This document shows, in pieces, positions 18,459-28,154 of a stretch of DNA of 64,000 bases. The notes under the pieces are model-generated. The model saw only the letters and a program-made list of their open reading frames with translations. It had not been told where the DNA came from and did no database searches. Position 1 is the first letter of the stretch; each line of letters begins with the position of its first letter. A program made the translations under genes and the position numbers. The stretch covers positions 9,868 to 73,867 of the forward strand of contig CAVCRS010000001.1 in the NCBI GenBank assembly GCA_963604635.1, given 5' to 3'. This DNA comes from Faecalibacillus sp. (lineage in GTDB: Bacteria; Bacteroidota; Bacteroidia; Bacteroidales; UBA932).

Positions 18459-18622
18459 CCGGCCGGCGCAGCCGTCCAATACGGTCTTGTAGAGTCTGCC
18501 GGCGGGTCTGCTCCGCGATGAACAATCCATCTTTTCAAACCGACGTCGATGGGATGTACCTCTCATAGATCTGCAACGGGCCAAAACTCGCGTTACACCC
18601 CGTAAGCGTCTCCGCAATTGCG

Positions 18623-18772
18623 TCCAGGTACCAGCATTTTTCGCTGAAAACCCTTGTACCTGGATTGGCCGCAGGCCGTAGAATGGCGTCTGTGGCACCC
18701 GCGTCCTCCAGGTCCGAGCAAAAACGACCGAAAACCCTCAGACCTGGACTGGCCGCAGACAGTAGAATGCCG
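18623..18772. repeat. Two direct repeats (84-bp period), each containing a 42-nt palindromic hairpin
   Basis: TCCAGGTAC..GTACCTGGA-TTGGCCGCAGGCCGTAGAATGGCG at 18623 and TCCAGGTC..GACCTGGA-CTGGCCGCAGACAGTAGAATGCCG at 18707. Confidence 0.8.
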
Positions 18773-18813
18773 ATTTCAAGACAGACTCGCCTACATCTCG
18801 TTGAGCTTGAAGA

Positions 18814-18948
18814 TTTGGTTCAAAAATCGCCGGTATTTTTAACCAAATCAAGAAATGGAGCCATCTGGTTAAAAAAAGCCCCGTATTTTCAACAAAATTC
18901 AGGAATAGGTTCGTTTGGTTAAAAAAGCCCCGTATTTTTCAACCAAAA
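18814..18948. repeat. Three palindromic units at 50-bp period
   Basis: TGGTT(C/A)AAAAA..GCC..GTATTTT..AAC(C/A)AAA units with TGGTT at 18816, 18866 and 18916. Confidence 0.8.
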
Positions 18949-18971
18949 GGCATCGCTTGATTTCGGATGTA

Positions 18972-19988
18972 TTACTCTTCCGGATTCGGCCAGCCGGGGG
19001 CGCGCAGAGGGAACTCTACGCCGTCGGGGGTCACGAGGGTTGTACCGGCCTCTGCCTGAGCGAGATGGCCGATGATGTCGAAGTCCTGGAAATCGTGGCG
19101 AAACTTCTCCAGATGCAGAATCGGGACGGTGAAAAGCAGACGGAAATCGTCCCCGCCGTTCATCGCCGCGGACATCGGATCGATGTCAAGTTCCTTGCCG
19201 GCCTTGAACGAATTGCCCTCGAATGGGATCTTGTCAGTGTAGATTTTCGCCCCCAGACCGGTTTCGCGGGCAATCCTCTTAACGGCATCCGACAGCCCGG
19301 CTGTCACGAAGCACGCGGCCGTAGGGTAGATCTCCGCCTCCTCGAGCCTGTCAATGGTGTCCGGGCTCAATTCCGGCTTCAGATAGGCTGCAACAAGCAT
19401 TTTATACGGTCCGAGAGTCTTTTCGCTGTCCTCCCTTTCGCCCTTGTCGAAGCGGCGCCTTTCCCTTTCCAGCAGCCTCTGCCCGAGATATGCCGCACCG
19501 AGACTTCCGCTCACGCAAAGCAAGTCCTTGCTTTTCGCCGCGCCCCTGCGCTTTTCGCTCAGAAGAGAAGTCTCTCCCACGGCGGAAAGGCTGATAACCA
19601 GCCCGTTGCGGGACGGAATCAGGTTCAGGCAGACTTTCCCGTACTTCTGCTCTTTCGCGGCGGTAACGATGCCTTCCCAGATCTCTGAGACCTGCGGAAA
19701 GTCCAGTTTTGCGGAAACGCCCAGCACGACCGAGAGGGTGCGGGGACGGGCCATCCCGGCGTACAGTTCTCCGGTTACGGAGACTACAGCCTTGTAGCCC
19801 AGATGTTTAAGCGGGAAGTAAACCAGATCGAAGTCGGTTCCTTCCAGCAGCACGCGGCTGCTCTCGCGGATGAATTCCCGCGAAGGGGCCTCGACGGAAG
19901 GTTTCTCGAAAGCCTTGAATGGGGTATTCTCATAAAGACGGGAAATGGCTTCAATTTTCCCTATTTCTGCAAAACTTGTCTTATCCAT
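18972..19988 (-). CDS. thiL: ThiL (thiamine-monophosphate kinase)-like PurM/AIRS-fold protein with degenerate active site
   Basis: LLEG.DFDLVYFPLKHLGYKAV, AK..DLLCVSG.LGAAYLG, LKPE, NGGDD..LLFTVP, IIGHL and C-terminal GW match Bacteroidetes ThiL; Mg-binding Asp motifs absent. Confidence 0.7.
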   Translation of the reverse strand: MDKTSFAEIGKIEAISRLYENTPFKAFEKPSVEAPSREFIRESSRVLLEGTDFDLVYFPLKHLGYKAVVSVTGELYAGMARPRTLSVVLGVSAKLDFPQVSEIWEGIVTAAKEQKYGKVCLNLIPSRNGLVISLSAVGETSLLSEKRRGAAKSKDLLCVSGSLGAAYLGQRLLERERRRFDKGEREDSEKTLGPYKMLVAAYLKPELSPDTIDRLEEAEIYPTAACFVTAGLSDAVKRIARETGLGAKIYTDKIPFEGNSFKAGKELDIDPMSAAMNGGDDFRLLFTVPILHLEKFRHDFQDFDIIGHLAQAEAGTTLVTPDGVEFPLRAPGWPNPEE

Positions 19989-20109
19989 ATTCTGCGAAGT
20001 TAGGTATTTTGTGCGATAAATTTACTATTTTTGTGAGCGCGGGGCGCATCGTTCCGTCCACATTGAAATTCAAGGCACGAAGTGCCGACAGATAATTAAA
20101 TAACATCTT

Positions 20110-20955
20110 ATGAAACTACGTTCAATTTTCATTCTTGCGGCCGCGCTGTGTGTTCTCTCACCGTTCGGCCTGTCGGCTCAGAAAGCACCTGCCGGCATCA
20201 CTGTAATGTCCTTTAACATCCGCCAGAGCGTGGCCAAAGACGGTACCAATTCCTGGGAATACCGCTATCCGGCTTCCGCTATGATGATCGATGACCAGAA
20301 GCCGGACATCGTCGGCGTTCAGGAGGCGATGCTCGACCAGGTTTCGTATCTGAAGAATATCCTTCTGCCTGATTACAAGGCTATAGGCGTGGGCCGTGAA
20401 GATGGCAAACAGAAAGGCGAACATATGGAGATATTCTATAACAAGAAGAATATAAAGGTGCTCAAATGGGGTACCTACTGGCTTTCAGAGACGCCTGACA
20501 AGCCGTCTAAGGGCTGGGATGCGGCCTGCTACAGGACTGCCACCTGGGCTCTGATGAAGGACAGGCAGAGCGGAAAGAAATTCTATATGGTGAACACGCA
20601 TCTGGACCACATCGGAGTCGTGGCCCGCGAGAAAGGCCTGCAGCTCATCTGCGACCGCATCGCAGAAATGAACAAGCGGGGACTCCCGATGGTTCTGACG
20701 GGGGATTTCAATATGGACATCTCCGATCCGTCGATGGCTCCGGTGAAGAAGGTTCTCAACAATGCCCGCACCACCGCAGTCAAGACCGATGACCACGATT
20801 CATTCAACGGCTGGGGCAAGGGTTCCGGCGTCATCGATTACGTCTGGTACACCGGATTCTCCTCCTGCACCGAGTTCGAGACCGTCACCAAGCCGTATAT
20901 GGACCGCGCCTACGTCTCCGACCACTACCCGATCAAGGCCCACCTGATTTTCTAG
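20110..20955 (+). CDS. Secreted endonuclease/exonuclease/phosphatase (EEP) family protein
   Basis: Signal peptide; VMSFNIR, DIVGVQE, NTHLDH, LTGDFN, IDYVW, SDHYP. Confidence 0.9.
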   Translation: MKLRSIFILAAALCVLSPFGLSAQKAPAGITVMSFNIRQSVAKDGTNSWEYRYPASAMMIDDQKPDIVGVQEAMLDQVSYLKNILLPDYKAIGVGREDGKQKGEHMEIFYNKKNIKVLKWGTYWLSETPDKPSKGWDAACYRTATWALMKDRQSGKKFYMVNTHLDHIGVVAREKGLQLICDRIAEMNKRGLPMVLTGDFNMDISDPSMAPVKKVLNNARTTAVKTDDHDSFNGWGKGSGVIDYVWYTGFSSCTEFETVTKPYMDRAYVSDHYPIKAHLIF

Positions 20956-20985
20956 CACTTTGCGCTGCAAAGCGATAGAAAATTC

Positions 20986-21038
20986 TATTCACCGGGGAGC
21001 GGACTCCCCAGACCCCTTGATGCCATTAAGAGCTTCGA
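20986..21038 (+). repeat. REP-like dispersed repeat, copy C
   Basis: TATTCACCGGGGAGCGGACTCCCCAGACCCCTTGATGCCATTAAGAGCTTCGA; a second GAGCTTCGA at 21064. Confidence 0.78.
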
Positions 21039-21083
21039 GCCAGCAGCGAAGACGCACTGTCAGGAGCTTCGATACAGAATGAT

Positions 21084-21109
21084 ATTGGCCGCCTCACGAG
21101 GCGGCCAAT
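21084..21109. terminator. Strong hairpin between convergent EEP and dnaE genes (possible bidirectional terminator)
   Basis: ATTGGCCGCCTC-AC-GAGGCGGCCAAT perfect inverted repeat; no long T run. Confidence 0.55.
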
Positions 21110-21117
21110 TACGTATT

Positions 21118-24100
21118 CTACACGGCTTTGCCGTTTACGGTGAAGGCGAGGTCGTGCTCACGCAAGGCGCAGAGGAGTTCGTTGCTGACGTCGATGCGCA
21201 GCTTCTGGGAGACGAGCTCGACTTTGTAGCCTTTGGCGCTGTCGCAGAGCAGGATATCGACCGGGTAAGTTCCCTTGTGGGCCTTGAGCAGCTTAAGGAA
21301 GTCGCGGCGGAATTCCGGGTTCAGGCGGGAGGTGTCGAGAATGATCTGGAAAGACTTCAGCAGGTCCTGACGGACATTGCCCAGAAGGGCTATCTTCTTG
21401 ACTTTGAACTGGTACGGCACCTGTTTGGCTTCCTTGCCCTCATCCTGGCGGCTCCAGTAGCGCTCCTTGATGTCGCCCTCGATATAAAGCTCCTTGTGCA
21501 GGGCCAGATAAGGCTGCCATGCCTCATAGTCCTTGCCGAAGAAAGCGAACTCGAAGCTGCCGCTCAGATCCTCGAGCGTTATGCTCATCGCAGGATTTTT
21601 CGAATTTATCGGTCTCGCGTCCACCACCATTCCGGCCACGGCCGCGGATGACGGGCTGCGACGGGCTTCGCACTCATCGATGCGGGCCTTCAGCTGGGCC
21701 AGAGGGCAGTTCGTAAAGTATTTAATCTCAAAGCCGTAGCGGTCCAGCGGATTAGCCGAAATGTACATTCCGAGCAGTTCCTTCTCCTTCTGGAGCAGGG
21801 CGAAAAGATCCTCTTCCTCCTTCAGGGCAGGCACTTCAGGACGCACCGGCTTGAGCTCCTCGCTGTCCCCGAAAAGGGATGCGGATGAATCAACGGTATC
21901 GTTGCTGAAAAGATTCGCGTAGCGGGCAAACTCCTCCACGAACGGGACTCCGGTGCTGCCGACAGTGAAATACTGGCCTCTGCGGTAGCCGAAAGAATCC
22001 AGAGCCCCGCAATGAATCAGGAGTTCCAGGGCCCTCTGGCTCAGATTAGGGGCCAGACGCTCCACGAAATCCATCAGGTCAGAGTAATTGCCGTTCTCCT
22101 CGCGCTCGTTTATTATGGCCTCCGCAAGGCTGGTGCTGAAATTTTTCACGCCTCCCAGACCGAAACGGATGCTGCCCTCGGAATTCACGGTGAAAGTCTT
22201 GAGGCTCTCATTCACATCAGGGCTGAGAACCTTTATGCCGTGATCCTTGCAGTCCGCCATAATCTTCTGGATTTCATCCATTTTCGACAGATTGCAGGAA
22301 AGGTTCGCCGCCATGAATTCCGCCGTGTAATGGCACTTCAGCCATCCGGTCTGATAGCTCACCCAGGCATAGCAGGTGGCGTGGGACTTGTTGAAGGCAT
22401 AGGCCGCGAATTTCTCCCAGTCCTTCCAGATCTTGTCCAGGGTCTTCTTCGGATGACCATTGGCCTCGCCGCCCTTCATAAACTTGTCTTTCAGCGAGTT
22501 CAGAATGTCGATCTGCTTCTTTCCCATCGCCTTGCGCAGCTTGTCGGCCTCACCTTTGGTAAATCCGGCGAGCTTGCGGCTCAAAAGCATCACCTGCTCC
22601 TGATATACGGTGACTCCGTAGGTTTCCTTCAGAAACTCCTCCATCTCCGGCAGGTCGTACTCGATAGGCTTCTTCCCCAGCTTTCTGTCCACGAAATCAG
22701 GGATATAGTCCATAGGACCCGGACGGTAGAGGGCGTTCATCGCAATGAGGTCCTCGAAACGGTCAGGCTGCAGGTTCTGGAGCCATTTGCGCATACCCGG
22801 AGATTCAAACTGGAACACGCTGGTGGTGTCTCCGCGGCCATAGAGCCGGTATGTAGGGGCGTCATCTATCGGGATGGCCTCGATGTCGATGGTCTCGCCC
22901 GTGCGGGCCTTTATGGTGTCCAGACATTCGTGAATGATGGTCAGGGTGTTGAGTCCGAGGAAGTCCATCTTGAGCATTCCGACATCCTCGATATAGTGGC
23001 CGTCATACTGCGAAGTCCAGACCTCGCGGCCGGTATCCTTATCCTTGGAAAGGCAGATCGGCAGGAAATCCGTAAGATTGCCGCGGCCGATGATGGTCGC
23101 GCAGGCGTGCATTCCCACCTGACGGATGCTGCCCTCGAGCTGCTGGGCATAATTCAGGACTTCCTTAGTCAGTTCGGAGCCGTTTTTCAGCTCCTCCTGG
23201 AACTCGGGAACCAGCCGGTAATAGTCCTTAAGGGTAGGATTCTTGACATCCTTGTCCTCCATTCCCACCTGATACAGGACTTTGGACTGAATCTTCTCCC
23301 CCGGATGCTCCGGATCATCCTTCTCCTCCATCCTCTCCTCCACCTTGAATCCCGGCTTCAGGTCATCCAGTTCGGGATTATATCTGTATTCGGTCTTTTT
23401 CTTTTCGCTCAGATGGTCCGGAATCATCTTCACCAGACGGTTCGACTCTTCGATGCTCAGATGGCTGATGCGGGCGATGTCCTTTATGGCGCTCTTCGAG
23501 GCCATAGTGCCGAAGGTGATGACGCGGGCGGTATGGTCCGGATGGTACTTCTCGTCCACATAGGCGTGGGCCTTCACCAGATCCTCGAAATCCACGTCGA
23601 TATCAGGCATACTGATTCGGTCAGGGTTCAGGAACCTTTCGAACAGGAGCTGGTAGCGGATAGGGTCCAGATTGGTGATTTTCAGGCAGTAAGCCACTAC
23701 TGAGCCGGCAGCGGAGCCACGCCCCGGGCCCACCATCGAACCGGCAGCGCGGGAAGCGGCGATATAGTCCTGCACGATGAGGAAGTAGTCAGGGAAGCCC
23801 ATCTTGCAGATGGTCTTGAGTTCGAAATCTATTCGTTCCGCCTGCTCGTCGGTCAGGGTTTCGCCGTAGCGCCAGTGGGCGCCCTTATAGGTCAGTTCGC
23901 ACAGATAGGCTACAGATATGCAGAACTCCCGTCCGCGGTCGTTCCCGTCCTTGTCGGTGCGGCCCTGATCTATGATGTCCTTGTATTTCTCGAGATTCGC
24001 ATCAATGTCGGCAAGGAAGGCCGGATCGATGTCATATTTAGGGAGGATAGGGCTGTGGTCGATAGAGTACTTCTCTATCTTTTCAGCAACCTCCAGGGTG

Positions 24101-24927
24101 TTCGAAATGACTTCAGGATGGTCAGGGAAGAGACTTGCCATCTCCTCCTCGCTCTTGAGGTACTCCTGCCGGGTGTAGCGGAGACGGTCCGGATCATCCA
24201 CGAAAGCATTGGTCGTAAGACAGATGAGACGGTCGTGCGCCGGTCCGTCCTCCTTGCAGACGAAATGCACGTCATTGGTCGCTACGACCTTCGTACCGGT
24301 CTGCGCCGCAAGGCGGAAGATGGCTTCGTTCACCACCTCCTGCTGCTGTCCCACCTCAATCATCTTTTCCGTAGCTCCAGAGACCTCCGTGACGTGGTGC
24401 TGGACTTCCAGGTAATAATCCTCGCCGAAGACTCTCTTGTGCCATTCTATGGCCTTCAGAGCCTCTTCTTCGGTGCTTTCGATGATGTCCTTCGGAATTT
24501 CTCCTGCGAGACACGCCGAGCAGCAGATGAGATTGTCGTGGTACTGCTCTATTATCTCGTGGGTCACGCGGGGCTTGTCATAGTATTTGCCCTCGATATG
24601 GCCCAGGGAGACTATCTTTATGAGATTCTTGTAGCCCGCATAGTTCTTCGCGAGAAGTATGAGATGGTAGTATTTGCGGTGTGCGTTGTCCTTCAGGCGA
24701 TGGTCGTAATGACGGGTCACATAGACCTCGCAGCCTATGATGGGCTTGACGTTCGGATGCTTGCCCGCCATCTTCAGGAACTCCTTCACACCGTACATAT
24801 TGCCGTGGTCGGTTATGGCAAGCGCCGGCATGCCGAGCTCGTCGGCCCTGTCGAAAAGCTTCTTGCAGGAGGAGAATCCATCGAGGATGGAGTACTGGGT
24901 ATGAACGTGCAGGTGAACGAAGGACAT
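21118..24927 (-). CDS. dnaE: DNA polymerase III alpha subunit
   Basis: FVHLHVHTQYSILDG and ITDHGN PHP domain, GPGRGSAAGS, PDIDVDF catalytic motif, KMDFLGL, YAFNKSH; start at MSFVHL. Confidence 0.97.
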   Translation of the reverse strand: MSFVHLHVHTQYSILDGFSSCKKLFDRADELGMPALAITDHGNMYGVKEFLKMAGKHPNVKPIIGCEVYVTRHYDHRLKDNAHRKYYHLILLAKNYAGYKNLIKIVSLGHIEGKYYDKPRVTHEIIEQYHDNLICCSACLAGEIPKDIIESTEEEALKAIEWHKRVFGEDYYLEVQHHVTEVSGATEKMIEVGQQQEVVNEAIFRLAAQTGTKVVATNDVHFVCKEDGPAHDRLICLTTNAFVDDPDRLRYTRQEYLKSEEEMASLFPDHPEVISNTLEVAEKIEKYSIDHSPILPKYDIDPAFLADIDANLEKYKDIIDQGRTDKDGNDRGREFCISVAYLCELTYKGAHWRYGETLTDEQAERIDFELKTICKMGFPDYFLIVQDYIAASRAAGSMVGPGRGSAAGSVVAYCLKITNLDPIRYQLLFERFLNPDRISMPDIDVDFEDLVKAHAYVDEKYHPDHTARVITFGTMASKSAIKDIARISHLSIEESNRLVKMIPDHLSEKKKTEYRYNPELDDLKPGFKVEERMEEKDDPEHPGEKIQSKVLYQVGMEDKDVKNPTLKDYYRLVPEFQEELKNGSELTKEVLNYAQQLEGSIRQVGMHACATIIGRGNLTDFLPICLSKDKDTGREVWTSQYDGHYIEDVGMLKMDFLGLNTLTIIHECLDTIKARTGETIDIEAIPIDDAPTYRLYGRGDTTSVFQFESPGMRKWLQNLQPDRFEDLIAMNALYRPGPMDYIPDFVDRKLGKKPIEYDLPEMEEFLKETYGVTVYQEQVMLLSRKLAGFTKGEADKLRKAMGKKQIDILNSLKDKFMKGGEANGHPKKTLDKIWKDWEKFAAYAFNKSHATCYAWVSYQTGWLKCHYTAEFMAANLSCNLSKMDEIQKIMADCKDHGIKVLSPDVNESLKTFTVNSEGSIRFGLGGVKNFSTSLAEAIINEREENGNYSDLMDFVERLAPNLSQRALELLIHCGALDSFGYRRGQYFTVGSTGVPFVEEFARYANLFSNDTVDSSASLFGDSEELKPVRPEVPALKEEEDLFALLQKEKELLGMYISANPLDRYGFEIKYFTNCPLAQLKARIDECEARRSPSSAAVAGMVVDARPINSKNPAMSITLEDLSGSFEFAFFGKDYEAWQPYLALHKELYIEGDIKERYWSRQDEGKEAKQVPYQFKVKKIALLGNVRQDLLKSFQIILDTSRLNPEFRRDFLKLLKAHKGTYPVDILLCDSAKGYKVELVSQKLRIDVSNELLCALREHDLAFTVNGKAV

Positions 24928-24956
24928 AGTTGAGAATCTTACGGGAACACAAAGAT

Positions 24957-24990
24957 AAAAAAAACAGCCGTCCTCCGAAAGGGCGGCTGT
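24957..24990 (-). terminator. Intrinsic terminator after secDF, abutting the dnaE -7 box (TATCTTTG, minus strand)
   Basis: ACAGCCGTCCT-CCGAA-AGGGCGGCTGT hairpin with minus-strand T run. Confidence 0.75.
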
Positions 24991-25013
24991 CAAAAATATG
25001 ATAAGAAATCTGA

Positions 25014-28000
25014 TTACTTCTTAGCTGCAGCTTTCTTCTTCTTGCTCATCGTAGCATCGAACATGATAGGAGCACCGATCATAATGGAAGCGTAAGTTCC
25101 GATGATGATACCGATTACGAGAGCGACAGAAAGACCTCTGATGGACTCACCTCCGAAGAATGCGATGGCAAGCATAGGAAGGAGGGTGGATACTGAGGTG
25201 TTAACCGTACGGGTGAGGGTCGCGTTCAGGGACTTGTTAACGGTCTCCTTGAAGTCATCGTTAGGATGCAGGCCGAGGTTCTCACGGATACGGTCGAAGA
25301 TAACCACGTTATCGTTGATGGCGTAACCGATGATGGTCAGTACCGCAGCGATAAATGTCTGGTCGACGTCAAGGTTGAACGGCAGGATACCCGAGAAGAG
25401 GGAGAAGAATCCGATTACGATGATTGTCGTATGTGCCAGTGAAACCACACCGCCCAGACCCCAGGTCCAGCCGCGGAAACGGAAAGCGATGTATGCGAAG
25501 ATTACGAGCAGTGAGAGGAGAACCGAGAATATGGCGGCTCTCTTGATGTCGCTCGCGATGGATGCACCCACCTTGTCGGAACTGATGATACCGTTAGGGT
25601 TCTCGAGAGTGGATGTGAACTCATCCAGGGTAAGATCCTCGAAGAAGAACGGTTTGAGGGCGTTGAAGAGTTTGCCCTCGATCTCGGTATCCACAGCTGT
25701 GGACTCGTCCTCAACCTTGTAGGCTGTAGTGATCTTCATCTGGGACTCGCCGCCGAACTGCTTGACCTCGACAGCACCGTCGAACTCATTGACGCAGGCC
25801 TCGCGGATACCTTCAGCCGTGACAGGCTGGTCGAAGCGTACCACATAGGTGCGGCCGCCGGTGAAGTCGACACCGTAGGTGAAGCCCTTGATGCACATCG
25901 AGCCGATGCAGATGAGAATGATGATACCGGAGATGGTGTAAGAGTACTTGCGGCCGTCAAGGAAGTTGACGTGAGTATTCTTGAGGAAGTTCTTGGTACG
26001 GTTGTTCTCGAAAGTGATGTTCTTGCCCTTGTTCACGCGGGTGTCGAATACGAGTCTCGTGATGAAGATGGCGGTGAGCATCGAAGTGATGATACCGATT
26101 ACGAGAGTTGTAGCGAATCCCTTGACAGGACCTGAACCGAAGAAGAACAGTACGAGACCGGTAAGCAGGGTAGTTACCTGACCGTCGATGATTGCCGAAT
26201 ATGCATTCGAGAAACCGTCGTGGATGGCCTTGCCCAGACCCTTTCCTGCCTTGAGCTCTTCCTTGATACGCTCATAGATAATAACGTTCGCATCCACGGC
26301 CATACCCATAGTCAGGACGAGACCGGCGATACCGGGCAGCGTCAGGACTGCTCCGAACGAAGCGAGGGTTCCCATAAGCAGGAGCACGTTCGTGAGAAGA
26401 GCGAAGTCAGCCACGAGACCTGCACCCTGGTAGAAGAATACCATATAGATGAGGACGAGGATGAACGCGATCACGAAGGAGATGATACCCTTGCGGATGG
26501 ACTCTGCACCGAGTGAAGGGCCGACTACCTGCTCCTGAACGATGGTGGCAGGTGCAGGGAGCTTACCGGACTTGAGGACGTTAGTAAGGTCAGTTGCCTC
26601 CTCCACGTCGAAGTGGCCGGTGATGGATGAGCTTCCTCCGGTGATTTCACCCTGAACTGTAGGGTAAGAATATACGGTACCGTCGAGAACGATGGCGATC
26701 TGCTTGCCGATGTTCTCTTTGGTCAGACGTGCCCAGGTATTTGCACCTTCAGCGTTCATGGTCATGGAAACGCTCGGCTCACCGCCGCGTGCGTTCTCAT
26801 ACTGAACACGTGCATCTGTAACGACTCCGCCGTCGAGAGGGGCCTTTCCGTCACGGGAAGAAGCCTTGATGGCAACGAGCTCGAAGATATTGTCGGTGTT
26901 GAAATACTCAGAAGGCTTTACAGACCACATCGCCTTGAACTCTGCAGGAAGGATATCCTTGACCTGAGGCATAGCCAGGAGTTTGTTGATTCTTGCGGTA
27001 TCTGTAGCCGCAGCATAACCGATGCAGGCGTTGCCGCGGGCCTGAGAAGGCTGGAGAAGGGAGAAGAGAGGGTTATCCTTAGACGAAGGTCCGGCAGTCT
27101 CCTCGTTCTGAGCTGCGAGCTCCTCGGCGACTACATCACCTTCCGCGCTTTCCTCCGCTGCTGGAGTTTCCTTAGCGACAGGAGCCTCCTCCTCCACGAG
27201 AATCTCGGAAAGGAGAGAGTTGACCTCCACGAGGTAAGGATAGATCTCTGCATTGTCATATGTGGTCCAGAACTCGAGGGATGCGGTTCCCTGAAGCAGC
27301 TTGCGGACACGCTCAGGCTCCTTTACGCCAGGGAGCTCGACGAGGATACGTCCTGTGTTTCCGAGCTTCTGGATGGACGGCTGGGTAACGCCGAAGCGGT
27401 CGATACGGTTACGCAGAACGTTGAATGAGTTGGCGACTGCGCTCTCGGCCTCTGCCTTGATGACGGTAAGAACCTCTTCATCAGAGGATTCAGGCTTGAT
27501 CTGGTCCCTCATTTCATAGGTACCGAAGATCTGGGCGAGTCTCTGACCGCTGCCGACTTCCTTCCAGGCCTCACCGAAGAGGGTGATGTAGTCGGACTGG
27601 GAATTCACGCTGCGCTCCTTGGCAAGGTTCAGGGCATTGAGGAACTCAGGTGTGACATTGTCACCTGCGAGGGCTCTTACGAGGTCCTGGAGCTGCACCT
27701 GCAGCATTACGTTCATACCGCCCTTGAGGTCCAGACCGAGGTTGATCTCCTTGGCCTTGACTTCCTTGAAGGTGTAACCGAAATATACTTTCTGCGAAGA
27801 GATGGAATCAGTGAACCATCTGTTCTGCTCTTTGCGGATGGAATCCAGGTAGTATGCCTGCTCCCCTTCCGGAACATTGCTGAATGCGGCTGAGTTCTGT
27901 GCGGCGACAGCTGCCTTCTCGGCAAACTTCTCGGCCTTCTTCTCCTGAATATCTGTCACGAGAGTGAAGGACAACTGCCAGAGGCAGGCAATAGCCAGCA

Positions 28001-28037
28001 GAATAGCCACAAGCCTAATAGCGCCTTTACTTTGCAT
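25014..28037 (-). CDS. secDF: Fused protein translocase subunit SecDF
   Basis: NLGLDLKGG, RIDRFGVTQP, VGPSLG, GMAVDANVIIYERI, GVDFTGG, GYAINDNVVIFDRIRE. Confidence 0.96.
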   Translation of the reverse strand: MQSKGAIRLVAILLAIACLWQLSFTLVTDIQEKKAEKFAEKAAVAAQNSAAFSNVPEGEQAYYLDSIRKEQNRWFTDSISSQKVYFGYTFKEVKAKEINLGLDLKGGMNVMLQVQLQDLVRALAGDNVTPEFLNALNLAKERSVNSQSDYITLFGEAWKEVGSGQRLAQIFGTYEMRDQIKPESSDEEVLTVIKAEAESAVANSFNVLRNRIDRFGVTQPSIQKLGNTGRILVELPGVKEPERVRKLLQGTASLEFWTTYDNAEIYPYLVEVNSLLSEILVEEEAPVAKETPAAEESAEGDVVAEELAAQNEETAGPSSKDNPLFSLLQPSQARGNACIGYAAATDTARINKLLAMPQVKDILPAEFKAMWSVKPSEYFNTDNIFELVAIKASSRDGKAPLDGGVVTDARVQYENARGGEPSVSMTMNAEGANTWARLTKENIGKQIAIVLDGTVYSYPTVQGEITGGSSSITGHFDVEEATDLTNVLKSGKLPAPATIVQEQVVGPSLGAESIRKGIISFVIAFILVLIYMVFFYQGAGLVADFALLTNVLLLMGTLASFGAVLTLPGIAGLVLTMGMAVDANVIIYERIKEELKAGKGLGKAIHDGFSNAYSAIIDGQVTTLLTGLVLFFFGSGPVKGFATTLVIGIITSMLTAIFITRLVFDTRVNKGKNITFENNRTKNFLKNTHVNFLDGRKYSYTISGIIILICIGSMCIKGFTYGVDFTGGRTYVVRFDQPVTAEGIREACVNEFDGAVEVKQFGGESQMKITTAYKVEDESTAVDTEIEGKLFNALKPFFFEDLTLDEFTSTLENPNGIISSDKVGASIASDIKRAAIFSVLLSLLVIFAYIAFRFRGWTWGLGGVVSLAHTTIIVIGFFSLFSGILPFNLDVDQTFIAAVLTIIGYAINDNVVIFDRIRENLGLHPNDDFKETVNKSLNATLTRTVNTSVSTLLPMLAIAFFGGESIRGLSVALVIGIIIGTYASIMIGAPIMFDATMSKKKKAAAKK

Positions 28038-28154
28038 TTTTTATTATTTTTTAATTAATATATCGGCAAAATAGGGTGCAAATTTACGATTTTTTTCCAA
28101 GCAAAGAAATTTTATTCCATCCTTTTCGTACTTTTGCATTCCAAATCCGTCCAT

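Noticed and set aside
18814..18948. Possible CRISPR array
   Set aside because: Only three degenerate units, ~17-nt linkers that resemble each other, and no cas genes in the window
19989..20109. TPP riboswitch upstream of the thiL-like gene
   Set aside because: The -7 box is 6 nt from the ATG, leaving no leader, and no CTGAGA/thi-box core is visible
23245..23415. Intein in dnaE
   Set aside because: Too short; lacks the N-terminal Cys/Ser and C-terminal His-Asn splice motifs and any homing endonuclease
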